A DNA stretch of 64,000 bases. It comes from Mytilus edulis (taxonomy: Eukaryota). The translations under genes and the position numbers were made by a program. Position 1 is the first letter of the stretch. Every line of letters starts with the position of its first letter. Below the pieces are notes generated by a model. The model saw nothing but the letters and a program-made list of their open reading frames with translations. It ran no database searches and was not told the DNA's origin. The DNA lies in NCBI RefSeq assembly GCF_963676685.1, contig NC_092347.1, positions 46,500,001 through 46,564,000 of the forward strand, given 5' to 3'. Shown here piece after piece: positions 49,977 through 64,000 of the stretch.

Positions 49977-52900
49977 TTAAGGAATGTCTCTTATTTTCTG
50001 GACATCCTCAAACAGTATAAAAGTAACATTCATAACTTTTTTACTTCAATTTTTTTTTAAACTATCAAACAATCCGACAGAAATTACACAGACCAAAAGG
50101 CAAGGTTAGGTTCTAATGAATTTCAAATTAGAACATGACCCCAATCATTATCAAACTGACATACTTTCAGATTGTCAAGACGGAATTCCTAACCAATAAA
50201 ATGTATCCTTAAAAAAGTTAATTATAGGATGAAATATCAACTTCACATTACTTCTGGTTTAAAAATACAAGCAGAAGTCAAAAAAGGTTCAATTTTATGG
50301 GTTTGTGGGTTTAATTTCATCAAAATCAAAACAAAATGTCAATTTCCTTTATAATGATACTTTGGACATTTACAATTGGACTCACTAGTGCAGTCATGTA
50401 CATAATACCATACAAATCCAATTCAATAGAAACAAATAAAGGTTTGCTAAAAAAAAGTATTGATAATGACACTATTGCTCATAAGAGAACGAATTTGCCA
50501 TAAGACAATTCTCAAGTTCATTTCTTCAATGGATCTATAAACTTACTTTAGAAATTATCATTAAAAACAACAATATTCTGATACATGCGCATATATGTTA
50601 AAAAAATAATTTGTAAAAAATTCTTCAATGACAAATGAAACTCAGAGAAAACAATTCTAAAGAAATATATACCCATAGAACTTTTAAAAGTAAATACATT
50701 TTAAAGATGACAAGCAAAATCTGTTTTCTTGGAATTTTATAAGTGCTAGCTATCAGTTAAACCCTTTATCTAAATTTCGTTTTTTGCTTTCTGTGATCAA
50801 CTTTGATAAACATATATAGCTTTAATTTTATTAATTGTCTGCATTCTAATTTTTATAATATTCTAGAGGTGTTGAATTAACTATTCTAAATAAAGACACA
50901 CATGCATTTAAATGTCTTCATATGCCATAAAACTAAAGGGTCTAGTTGTTGCCTTTCATAATAAAATAATGTAAAAAATAATTGATTAATTTTATAGATC
51001 CTAATGAAACAGATATTGTCTAGTTTCTGGCTGCAACGTTTCTATGTTCAATATGAATATGATAAGCATATCAAATTATCTTAATCAACAGGGTTAAAAA
51101 CACAGATAGAAAGATGATAATCATGAATAATCCCCTGCTGCATAATTATACTGTGTAGCCTGTGTTAAAAAATATCATATTAAGCAGGGTGTCAAAATAC
51201 TCAGGTTGTTTTTGTTGCAAGAATAGGCATATTTTCAAACCCTTAAAATGTGTTGGATAAAGCAGGATGTTGGAATACTCATCAGGTATGGGATTAGGCA
51301 GGTTGCACTATATCAGTCAAAATAAGTTTTGTAATCCTTGTACAGACTTTCCTACAGTCATTGACTTGTTTGAAGCTTGTTGAGTATGCATGCAGAAAGT
51401 AATACAGTGAAACCTTTCCAAACTGATCATCATCTACTAGCTTGGTGCGAGCATCTTGTAATCAAAAATAAAGATTTGTTTACAGCATGCTGCAAGCTTG
51501 TGACTAACATAATATTAAGTCTAGAATGCATGCAGTTGGCTTGCAAAAAGTGCTGTATAAATTATCATCTGCTATCATGCGGGAGCAGTTTTCAATTATA
51601 GCAATATGATGATTGCTTGTAGCATGCATGGGTCAACCTTGCCAGTTGCCGTAGTGATGAGCAAGTATGCAGTTTGGTTTGAGTTTTGCTACACCATGTT
51701 CATTTTCTTTCCATATTCCTATTTTTCACAGCATTTGGGTTGTATTTATCAAACAAGATTATAAAATTCCATTGAAAAACACAAACTTTCAAATTAAACT
51801 GTTATCGGTAATTTCAAACAGTTGAATTTAAAACCATTTAAAAGTCAATAAATCTATTACTTACAATAATTTAACAATAGCAAGCAATAGCTGATAGCCT
51901 GGATAACTTGGGTAAGAGTAAATTGATTTTTTAAAAGAAGTCTAAAATATATTGAATTCAATTTACCTACCCCTTCAACATAAATTTTCTGTTTCAAAAC
52001 AATTTGATACCTAAATTCTAGTTTTCAGAAAGTGTATGATACTTTAATTTAAAATTCTAATGTCAGAGTTAATTTGCTCTCCATTTTTTTATTATTTATT
52101 TCAGTGTGTACATTTAGATCATGGATATTTTCAATTGTCATTATAACAGCTATCCTGTTCACTTTTCCTCATTTCAGATCATTTTAAGGCATTCCCAAAT
52201 GCTACTTATCACTATAGGTTTTTACTCAAAACAAACAACACAGGAAATGCCACTTAAGTGGAGCAGGAACTATTTACCCATCAAGAGAACCTGTCTTTGC
52301 ACTTGTAGCCAGGGGGGTTGAGGCCGGGTTCTTACAAACTCCCCTTAAAAACAAATAAGCACTGCATTATCAGTTGAAGTCAATGTTCTATTACAACCTC
52401 CCTTTGAAAACAAATAAGCACTGCATGTTGAAGTCAATGTTCTAATTAAATGATAACTTTGATTATGATTGTAACGAAACCCCCCATCTCTAAAAAATTC
52501 CTGGGTACAGGTCTATGTCTTAATTCAACCCTGGATTTTGTTTAGGATTATTTCGTTTTGTGTTTTAAAATAGTGAATTGTTGTCTATCGTCTGTTTACT
52601 TTTGGCCATCATGCTGTCATTGATTTTTGGTTCTAATAGTTACCCCATCTGTATCTTCTCCAGAGTACTTCAGGGCTAATTACCTACATGGACGTCATGG
52701 AAAACAAATGTGGATTTCTTATAAAACACCTTTATTTTTGCCAAGTTCGATTCACATTGCAGTTTACAGTTCTAAAGATAACAATTTTATGTGTAAAGTT
52801 TATTGATGACAGCAGATTAGGACGATGGCCATAGCTAATCCAACTTGTTGAGTAACCTTTTTCAGGCTAGATTAGCTTAAAAGATTGGTCTGAATAAATT

Positions 52901-54236
52901 CAAAGCATGAAGGTGTATCATCAATTGCACATAAACCAGTAAATAAAAAGTTTAACATTTTAATATCCGAGTCTATAACAAACATATGGCTTTATGTCCA
53001 TTACTGTTAAACATCTAAGTGGCCTCTTTCTCATTTGATTTATTTTTAGATGACACCTACAAATTAATTTCACATGAAAGGAACATGTGACCTGAATAGA
53101 AAAATAACAACGCATTTAACAATGCATATTATCTTAACCAATTAAAATTTCCCTCTGACATCACTAAATAATTTAGTTACAAATATCAAAATAAATAGTT
53201 ACCCTGATTGAGCACAGGTTTTCCACTAACATACTCTTCAGAGTTTATTGTTTTACCTGACTAAACACATGTTGAATACAATTGAATTTTTCTTCCTGCT
53301 TCACGGGAAGACAAAATGGAAAGGGAAGTAACTCTGAAATGTTATATATTTATTTCTAATAAAATACTCTGGATTGTGTGAGAGAACATTGTTAATAACA
53401 AAGGCCTAAACTTTTGGGGGGGAAAACCTTTAAAATTACGAAACTTCTGATAAAAACAACAAAGATATTCAATCGTCGAATTGGAAAAAAAAATTATGAA
53501 TTCTAGATAAATTAGCCTTGATCAAAGTACATCCACTTACAAAGCAGCAAGCAATTCCCAAAGACAATTATGATATTAAAAAGTATAGAAAGATCTACTT
53601 TGATATACAGAAATGTCTATAGATTTATAAGTCAGTTCATTCTAAATGTTTTATGTCTATAAATGTTTTATCATGACATTTATTCTAATATTGATTTTAT
53701 TTACAAATCTAAATTCCTAGGAGAACAATATTTCCAAAGCTTTATGGCCATATTATAGACATATTATATATTCACACAGTATATATGTCGTAAAATAATC
53801 CTAACATAAAAAGATTAACTGCATAAAATTTAAAGTACCAGTAGTATATTTGCTCTCAAATTTATCCTTCAAGTTCTACATAAAAATTATCTATGTCAAT
53901 ATAACATTTCAAATTTTAAAATGCCATCCAGAATAATGTCAGTGCAGGTTGCATTATGTTATATCTTGACATTTATTTGGTTATTTGCATTGGCGAGTTT
54001 AGTGTCAATTGTTTTATTGTCAACTTTTAAGGACTATTAATTGAGTGATATATAATATAGACCTAATGTCTGTTCTTAAAGACTGTATGATTATCTCTTA
54101 CTAGATGTTTTTGGTTGTTTGTGATGTTGGATTGCTTTCATATTGACATATATTTCCAATACATCCATGTATCTCCCTTTTAATACCATATATATCAACA
54201 AATTGAAAGGAATAACTGCCTCAAATTAAATAGATG

Positions 54237-54272
<36 letters not shown>

Positions 54273-57200
54273 AACTAAATTTATTAAAATAAACAAGAGT
54301 AGATATTAATTCATAAAAACCTTCACAATTTGTAAAGAATTTTTTTCAAAATACAAAAAATTAAATACCCCCTTCTAATATAATAGAAGCTATATATTTT
54401 AGTCCTTGTTTTGTTATAAGTTACCCAAGACAAATCATTGGAACAATATATAAGATCAGAAATGTAACATATATACCAATACACTACACAAGACTCACTG
54501 ACTGTCAATGCATATACTCTCAACTGACTGACTTCAGAAAATGTCCATGTAATTTTCTATTCAAGTTACTTACCTTTTTTATTCTGATTAACTTTAAATT
54601 TTTTCACATTCATTTTTTTTTTCTAAATCCAAATCATAGAACTTACATGCCAAAAATACATTTGTTTAGCTTTCTTTGAGCAACCAGTAGATTCCAGCAA
54701 TTCAACAGAGCTGAGATTGCTTTCAGACAATCAAAATAAATATTTCAGAGAATAAATTGCATGACTTTTTGTACCAGACATGCAAGAACTTAAATTATGA
54801 ATGAAAAACAAAAAAGTCTGAGCTTTCTACTCATATAATCTTGTATCAATGATCTATTGTTGAATCATTGATGATGCAAATATCATGATGCTAACAGACT
54901 CAGATTGACAGAAAGATCTTTTTAATATCATTTACGAGAACCAATTTGTAAATTGACTTCATACATGTATGTATGACATAATGTTAAATCAACAAAAACA
55001 CGTTTTTTTTTTAAATTTGTATTCATGGTAAATGCCACCTCAAATTTCCTCATCAAGACAATCGCAATAATATTTGAATGTAAAGCTATATTTGCTCAAA
55101 ACTATAAACATTATACACAGCACAAAAGCATCAGAATTCTCAAATGCAGGAGCAGGGAATATTCAAGCCAGTAAACAATAACTAGATTTTAGGCAAGATA
55201 TAGAAATGTTTCTTTATCGTTTTGTTCTTTTTCATTTCAAAAAGGCAATGCTATTCACTGTGCATAATCTATATAAAAAACTTTTTGCTTTCCTATTGCC
55301 ATGTCTTCAGTCTGATAATAAAATTGAGAATGTTTCTGCCCATTTAGCCTACTGCACTTGCACCATACTAACAACCTCTCACAAAATGGCCTAAAACTGT
55401 TGGAAGAAATTATTTCATACAGGTACTTGGAAAAACCTTTAAGCCAACTGGTAATACTATGCAAAAAATTAAGGCTAATACAAGATACAATAAGCTTATT
55501 CATAAACGTAAAGACCATCTTCTTGTATGATCTGATTCATTCCTTATCAAGAATATATCAGGCTGTATATTACTGATTTAAGTTATATGGATGTATAATG
55601 TTGCAAATGGTTGTCCTCATGCTAAGGGTAAGCAGGATTTAAGTAAGTGCTTGATATTATTGATGAGTGTCCCATGAGAGGGTCTTCAGAATTTATCAAA
55701 CTCTTTACTTGTTTACAAACTGTATTACCTAACCTCAATTATTATCTATACATATTTATGATTTCACATGTATATATATGCATGCTGCGTGAGTTAATCA
55801 AAATCATAAATTGAAATATCTATTCAATGCATATGCACATTTTATAAAATCAAAGAATTAAAGTTTCTTAAAGTTCTTAATCAGTGATTGATAAACAATA
55901 TAATCTTTAAAAGTACATTGAAAAAAAGTATCTTATTTATAGATATTTGTTTAACCTGTGAACAAGGAAGAAAAGTGAGGCCCAATAAGCTTTTCTCTTG
56001 TTTTGTATCTAGTGCAAAAATATCTATATTCAGGAACATTGTAAATATATAACACTATAATATGAGACTGTTAGTGAGTCCATGCAAAAAGGTACTAAAA
56101 ATGAAAAATTTCAGGAATTTTCAAAGTGTGCACAATTGTTGGTAATAAGTAGACTTGTGTTCCATAAAATTAACAGTTAATTTTCCTCATACAATTAAGT
56201 TGTAAGGTATACACACCTTTCATTTTAGCAGTTGGGATAAGGCTCTTGCTTACAAAGCAGAAATCAGTGCAGTTTTATGTGTTCATTAATTCAAATCCTG
56301 CACAAGGAAGATAAATTTATATAATATTAAACAACTCATTTTAATTCAAATTATAATTTCAAAAACCCAAGATGACATCATTTTTGCATTTTCCCTATTT
56401 TGTTCCTTTCTTGCGTTAAGTAGAGACGATGAAAACTGTTGACCTTTTCTCTCATTGGTGTCGTAAAATGGTTTTATTTTAGTGTGAAGTATGATTCCGG
56501 GTGACAAAAGGACAAAAACTCAGATATTTTCAAAGTTTTTTCGGTCTGACATTTTTATGAATGTTTTCATTTATACCAACTTTCACAGATAAAATATTTT
56601 AAAGAACTTTATAACATTGTATCCTGTAAAGTTTATCAAAACCACTTTTTGTACCTTTTTCACATGGAGTGCATGGCTCATATAAATTTATGTTAAGTTT
56701 TAAAATACTTAGCCATTATCGTTTATTTTTCATAGAATAATGACATTGGACAAGACCCATAAATAGGGTATCATGAGAAAACTTTGCAATAAACAGCAAT
56801 TTGAATATGATCTCATTTCTTGTGAAAGCACATAATATTAAATATTCTAACCATATACAGAAACAGGGTACCAGGAGACGAGTTTGTCTTCTTTACCGTT
56901 ATTGTTGGAGTTTATCTATATCTTTAATAAATCATAATTGGACGATTGACTATTACAAAAATTTCACATTTCATTGCATGTATTGAGGATTCATAATTTT
57001 ATAATCTGGATTTTCAAACGACAAAAGGAATAATCTTTTCAAAAGAACATAATGAACAAGGAAGTAATTTAGTTTACTGAAAAATAAAATTTCTACATTA
57101 TGGAGGAAACAATCTAAATCAGTTTAAATTCTCTCCATACAGAGGATCATACAATACAATGTTCCAAGGCTTGTGTTTCCTATCAGGAATTCCTAGATTA

Positions 57201-58467
57201 GAAGGTTGATGCTAACATAAAGACTATTTAACAAATAGTTCTTAATCAATTGTAAAGTTAAAAGCTTTATTGATACAATAATCAATTTTGAATGCCAATT
57301 ATGGAATTTCCATGTTACATGAGACTATAAACCTTTTGTTTATATAGTCAGAATCCTGTTCTTCTTTCCTTGTTCATGACATTTTTTTTTATTGCTTCCC
57401 TGATCATGCTGATGTCTTCTTATTTTTGTAACTTTTCATCATTATTTTTCAGGACTACAATTTGAATGTTTCAACTCACTTTCAAGATAAGCCCAACTGA
57501 ATGGTAAAACTAAATTTTGTTAATTAAAACTAACAAAACAAATTTTTACTTGCCAATAGATGGTTCCAAAACCTTTTATCTACCGGTCAGAAACAAGTGA
57601 AATAATAACAAGAATGCATGTGATGTTGGCAATTTTTCGTTGTGTTAAGAATGTCCAAGCATTTCTAATTCAAAAGATCAGAAAATGGAATGTAGGTGTC
57701 TGACAGATTTCCACTTTCCAGATCAAGAAAATTTAGTTAAGCTATATAATTTACATATATGAACAGGTGTTGAAAATATATAAATTTACAATTATTACAG
57801 GAAAGGCACAGCTAGGCAACTCATAAAAATTCTATGTTTACTGTTGCAATTTTTGAGAAGAAAGGTATATATAACAATATGATAACATTCAAACAACACA
57901 AAAATCCAGAGTTATGTACCTTAATTCAAATAATTTATGTTGCTTAATGACTAATAGTTGATATTTTTTTATGAAATCAATAGTAATACTTGTACTTTAT
58001 ATGATTTCAGATAGCAATAAAATGCTTGATCCCCAAATTATAGAGCTGATGCATTTCTATTGGTGATCAGTATAAATCTTTCATGTAACTTTCGTATAGA
58101 ATAATAATTACAGCTAAAGACTCTATCAATGGCGAAAATTTACAACTAATTATCTGACAATCAGCTTATTCCTTCTGTGTCACCAAGATCATGCAGTGAT
58201 TTAACAACATCTCCTTACAGAGATCAAAATCCAATTAGTGCAACAGCAAGACACAGATTTTCACTATATAGGAGAAAATTAAGCATACAACAACTATTTA
58301 AAAGATGTGAAAAAGATTTTTTTTTTTAAATAATACCAGTGAAAGATTATAAATATTTTCAAGATTTTTTAAATTTTTTTCCCTGAATATTAGATGAAAG
58401 TTTATACATTACACAAGAATTCATTGAAAGTAAAGTATTCATCTCGAACATCATCCTGGCTAAATAA

Positions 58468-60453
58468 AACCAGATGCTCCGCAGGGCGTAGCTTTATACG
58501 ACCGCAGAGGTTGAACCCTGAACGGTTGGGGCAAGTATGGACACAACATTCAAGCTGGATTCAGCTCTAAATTTGGATTGTGATTAAATAGTTGACACAG
58601 CATAGGTTTCTGACACAGAATGAATGTGTTCTAATGAACTTAAAATTTTTGTTTTCTCTTAGAGCAATTCACTATGCTGTTGAATATTAATCCTCTCAAA
58701 AAAATGTTTGAAGAAATTTTCTTTTTTATTTATGAAATTTCAAATAAGAAAAATTGAACCCAATTTTTTTAATCACATCCCCCTTTCCCTTATTCCAAAA
58801 CTAATCTCAATTAAAATTTCTAATGGAGTTTGCAACAATAACTACTCATTTAAATACATCATAAAATATTAAGATGTAAAAAAACTGCTTGTTATCACTG
58901 AATGGTAAAGATTATTTTAATTTATCAGTTGGTAGTGTATATTGTATATAACAAAGATTTAAGTTGATTCTGGACAAAGAAAGATAACTCCAATTAAAAA
59001 AAAATCTTGCTATTGCACAATATTTTGCAATTAGATATTTTTTGCTTACTATTCTGGACAAAGAAAGATAACTCTAATTAAAAAAAAATTTGCTATTTCA
59101 CAATATTGTGCAATTAGATATTTCTTGCCATTGCGCAATACTGTGCAATTGAAAAGACTTGCTATTGCACAATACTTAATATAATAATTTTAGATCCTGA
59201 TTTGGACCAACTTGAAAACTGGGCCCATAATAAAAAATCTAAGTACATTTTTGGATTCAGCATATCAAAGAACCCCAAGATTTCAATTTTTGTTAAAATC
59301 AGACTAAGTTTAATTTTGGACCCTTTGGACTTTAGTGTAGACCAATTTGAAAACAGGACCAAAAATGAAGAATCTACATACACAGTTAGATTTGGTATAT
59401 CAAAGAACCCCATTTATTCAATTTTTGATGAAATCAAACAAAGTTTAATTTTGGACCCCGATTTGGACCAACTTGAAAACTGGGCCAATAATCAAGAATC
59501 TAAGTACATTTTTAGATTCAGCATATCAAAGAACCTAACTGATTCATTTTTTGTCAAAATCAAACTAAGTTTAATTTTGGACCCTTTGGACCTTAATGTA
59601 GACCAATTTGAAAACGGGACCAAAAGTTAAGAATCTACATACACAGTCATGACAGTTAGATTCGGCATATCAAAGAACCCCAATTTATTCAATTTTGATG
59701 AAATCAAACAAAGTTTAATTTTGGACCCTTTGGGCCCCTTATTCTGTTGGGACCAAAACTCCCAAAATCAATACCAACCTTCCTTTTATGGTCATAAACC
59801 TTGTGTTTAAATTTCATAGATTTCTATTTACTTATACTAAAGTTATGGTGCGAAAACCAAGAAAAATGCTTATTTGGGTCCCTTTTTGGCCCCTAATTCC
59901 TAAACTGTTGGGACCTTAACTCCCAAAATCAATACCAACCTTCCTTTTGTAGTCATTAACATTGTGTTTAAATTTCATTGATTTCTATTTACTTAAACTA
60001 AAGTTATTGTGCGAAAACCAAGAATAATGCTTATTTGGACCCTTTTTTAGCCCCTAATTTCTAAACTGTTGAAACCAAAACTCCCAAAATCAATCCCAAC
60101 CGTTCTTTTGTGGTCATAAACCTTGTGTCAAAATTTCATAGATTTCTATTAACTTAAACTAAAGTTATAGTGCGAAAACCAAGAAAATGCTTATTTGGGC
60201 CCTTTTTGGCCCCTAATTCCTAAAATGTTGGGACCAAAACTCCCAAAATCAATACCAACCTTCCTTTTGTGGTCATAAACCTTGTGTTAAAATTTCATAG
60301 ATTTCCATTCACTTTTACTAAAGTTAGAGTGCGAAAACTAAAAGTATTCGGACGACGACGACAACGACGACGACGACAATGACGCAGACGACGACGCCAA
60401 CGTGATAGCAATATACAACGAAAATTTTTTCAAATTTTGCGGTCGTATAAAAA
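58468..60453 (-). mobile_element. Long HINE with three different internal tandem arrays
   Basis: subTIRs TTTATACGACCGCA (58493-58506) / TGCGGTCGTATAAA (60438-60451), terminal hairpin GCTCCGCAGGGC, GAC microsatellite at ~60350-60395, arrays of ~84, ~126-144 and 159-161 bp. Confidence 0.88.
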
Positions 60454-61189
60454 TAAGACCATATTTCGATAATTTGCCAGAATGTTGTTTATATTAAGCT
60501 TTTTTCAAAAATGTATGAAGTATGGGTTAATTTTTTTTATAGATAAAATGACATGATAATTCCTAACATATGCTTTCTGAAAATAAAAACAAAGTTGCGG
60601 CCAAGGGACTAGTTTGTTGCTAAAAAACGAAACAGGCAAATTCCCTACACATTTCTTTATATAAGAGTAATGTTATTTTAGTTATCTCCCCTTATATGTC
60701 AAAGTTGAAAAAAATGATTCTTACAAGAAATGTTTTATCTTTTTAAAGATTTGTTTTTAACACTTAAAAGTTTTTTCCTTAAGCTTTTAAGGCTTAAACA
60801 GCTTTAAAAAACAAATTATATTAATTTACCAAAATTTGCATATTTTATACAGGATATAGACCAATGGTGTTCTGATATTATACAATCCAAGATGTAGAAA
60901 GACACCCGTTCTACTGTATACCTCAAACATAAATTCTTTCATCCAATGTTTGATATTGCTTACAAACAAAGTTATATAAATATAATGTAGAAGAGCATAA
61001 ATTTGCATGCTATCATGATTTATACATTGATTTGTATAGTGTCTGTAACTTTAGACCTATATGAACATTCATAACTAAGTTAACAGAATTGGACACTACA
61101 ATATTCAGTATTTTATTTCTACAGGTAGCATGATGTTTAAAGTAATTGTCCTTTTGTATAATTATTTAATGCAATACTAGTTTGAGGAG

Positions 61190-61830
61190 GAGGGGGGGGG
61201 GGGGGGGGGGGGTCTGGACTGATCCCAGATCCCACTTATTGTTTTTTCAGAATTCTGAATCCTGTTTATTGTTTTGTCAGAATCTTGTATCCTGCACTTA
61301 TAATTGTAATATTACTATAATTAGCGCTTGTAATTTCATTTCTTCTGCTTACTATTGCAATATTACTATAATTAGGGCTTGTAATTTCATGTGTTCTGCT
61401 TACCATTGCAATATTAATATAATTATATAGCGCTTGTAATTTCATGTATTCTGCTTACCATTGCAATATTACTATAATTATATAGCCCTTGTAATTTTAT
61501 GTGTTCTGCTTACCATTGCAATATTACTATAATTAGCACTTGTAATTTCATGTGTTCTGCTTACCATTGCAATATTACTATAATTAGCACTTGTAATTTC
61601 ATGTGTTCTGCTTACCATTGTAATATTACTATAATTAGCGCTTGTAATTTCATGTGTTCTGCTTACCATTGCAATATTACTATAATTAGCGCTTGTAATT
61701 TCATGTGTTCTGCTTACCATTGTAATATTACTATAATTAGCGCTTTTAATATCCTGTGTTCCACCAGACTTTTTTTTGTCATATTCATGCAAAATAATGA
61801 CTTTCATGTGTCACTCTTGCAAAAAATTTG
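61190..61830 (+). mobile_element. Diverged copy of the same MITE family containing a 51-bp minisatellite
   Basis: Poly-G start, gatcccagatcccactta...ttttgtcaga, and 3' gactttcatgtgtcac...caaaaaat. Confidence 0.6.
61303..61745. repeat. 51-bp minisatellite, about 8-9 copies
   Basis: Unit gtgttctgcttaccattgcaatattactataattagcacttgtaatttcat. Confidence 0.9.
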
Positions 61831-64000
61831 TCTTTTACATAAAACTACACAAAATAATTCATAAAGCATGAGAAGTGCTAAAACTTATGGCAAAGAATCC
61901 CTAGGAGCAGCCTGCAACACCTGCAAATACTATCCCCAAATCAATAAATTAATTATGTTATAAATCTTCATTAATAAAAAAAATCATTACCATTTTTCAT
62001 GGTCAGTTGACAATTTTAATAAGATTTGCTGACTTTTAATTAACCAGTGGGACCTAAAATCTAGATAACAAATAAAGCCTTACCTTAGCAATTTGGTTCC
62101 TGTCTATTTCAATAAACCAAGAAAAATCAGAACCCAAATCCTTCACTCTTTATTAAAATAAAATCTTCAATTTCATTGAATGACAGTATCTTATTACGAT
62201 CAATACAACCAAAGTACAAAAAATTGATGAATTGTCGACAATGATTAATAATAATAATCATTTATGCCATGCAAAGATATAAAATAACAAAACTTGACGT
62301 CACAAATTATATTTTTGTATATGTAATATCTTATCAATGTATTTTGAGATATGAACTTTTATTTTAATGACTCTTGATTAATAAATTAAATCATATCAGA
62401 TTTCATTTCTTCACTCCTTTTTTTATCCATCCATCATGTCCATATGATATAACGAACATTAACATTGGCTAGTCAAATAGCTGAATTATGGGAGAAAATG
62501 AACTATATTTCCAAAGAAGATTTTAAGTCTTCAGCTAAGAAACTCAAACTCAAGATTAAGAATAACGTATTCTAGACATTTCTTTAAATGAAATCAGAAG
62601 TTAGAGTGAAACTAAAAGCTTTGAATTAACAAATTGGGTGCATTATATATTGCAGAACATTCTATCGAAATAAGAGATCAATAAATTACCAGAGAAAAAC
62701 TTCGTAATATTTACACAATGAACTGAGAATGTCTGTACCTACAACTGCAAAATCCATTTTGTCCTTAAAATTGACCTAAATACTTAAAAAAAACTTTCTG
62801 CCTAAATAGGAATTGATCCTTGAATAATCTTCAATCAAAGTTAATTAAAGGTGTTGGGGTTTTTTGTCAATATATTGACTAAAAAAGGATGCTCTGAATT
62901 AAATCAATCCTATGGCAATGGGTGGTGCTTTTATTCACAATAGTATTATGACAAGAAATTAAGCTTCAAATTATTTTCCACTGTGATTTTTTTTTTGTAT
63001 TGTAGTTTTCAATAATAAAATTGAGAATTCAATAAATCTACAAATATTCCAAACTACACAAACTTGATTAACTACATGTATGTGAATCTTCATCATATGA
63101 AATAGTATTTTTTGCTTGGCTAGATATTTTAGAGCCAATCACTAATGAACAGCTGAAAACAACAATCCACCAAATGTTCATGTTTTCCTATTCTAAAGAA
63201 CCATAACTCTTGGAGATATCAATCAGCATACTATTAAACATATAATAATGAAGATAAAGTTGGCTTGAACAAGCTTTCAGGCACTGGGACTCTTTCTGAT
63301 AGGCACTTTGTGACTTTTGAAAGGGTCTTTTTATTATAAAAAAGAAGGTGTGGTATGATCGCCAATGAGTCAACTCTCCACAAGAGACCAAAGGACACAG
63401 AAATTAACAGCTATAGGTCACTGTACAGCCTTCAGCAATGAGCAAAGTCCATTCTACATAGTCAGCTATAAAAGACCTCGAAATCACTAATATAAAACAA
63501 TTCAATTAGTAACGTAGTTTTAGTGCTTAGTACCAATCTGTTGAGTCAAGCACCTGTCTTTTAGTCCTTTTACAGGATAGTTGTTTCTTTTACAATCATT
63601 TCCTACTCTTTGATCTTAAATATATCAATATTTATATGCCAGGCTTAATGTCATTTAACAAAATTAAGTAGACCTTGGTTCAGGCAGATAACTCTAAAAA
63701 TTAGTTATGCGCTTGTTAAAGTCAAGTTTCATCAACGTATTTTAAGCTTTTTCCTGAAACAGATTGGAAGCAGTCCATGTAACCAAGAAGGTTACAATCT
63801 ATTCATGAAAATGGTTGCCACAAACGTACTGACTATTTCCCTTATCCTAGGTCTACCTTCTTTAGAACCTGGGATACTAAATAAATACCAGTCTATTCTA
63901 TATTGACCTTAAGAAGTCTTATAATCATTTATATCTTTAGTTTTAGAACTCATTGGCCAATTTGGACTATACACTATGTTATACAAATTTTGCTAAAAAC

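Noticed and set aside
59162-59630. 142-aa and 83-aa ORFs
   Set aside because: They are translations of the HINE tandem array, with no splice or domain support.
61182-61864. Repetitive 17-aa-period ORFs on both strands
   Set aside because: They are an artefact of the 51-bp minisatellite.

Overview
AT-rich, intron-rich eukaryotic genomic DNA. The repeat landscape suggests a bivalve, probably Mytilus-like (inference). Two convergent spliced genes can be rebuilt with GT-AG introns and consistent phases. The first is a 6-exon SPAG8/FAP143-like ciliary microtubule-inner-protein gene (+, 733-5404, 204 aa). The second is a GRAMD2-like GRAM-domain, C-terminally membrane-anchored protein gene (-, 14723 to at least 35356, candidate first exon to 44160, about 422 aa). 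The rest is intron or intergenic DNA dense with non-autonomous mobile elements. Most notable: (1) a complete, young 514-bp TRIM retroelement whose LTRs carry a tRNA-derived Pol III promoter, with a tRNA-Ser-type PBS and a PPT; (2) a minimal type I hammerhead ribozyme in a 123-bp TSD-flanked insert, nested in a foldback element inside a CORE-type SINE; (3) Helentron-type HINEs carrying satellite-like arrays; (4) a 39-bp TIR-only palindrome with a 7-bp TSD. No CRISPR array, rRNA or bona fide tRNA gene was seen. Repeat coordinates marked ~ are approximate, and family names come from recalled consensus features, not database searches.
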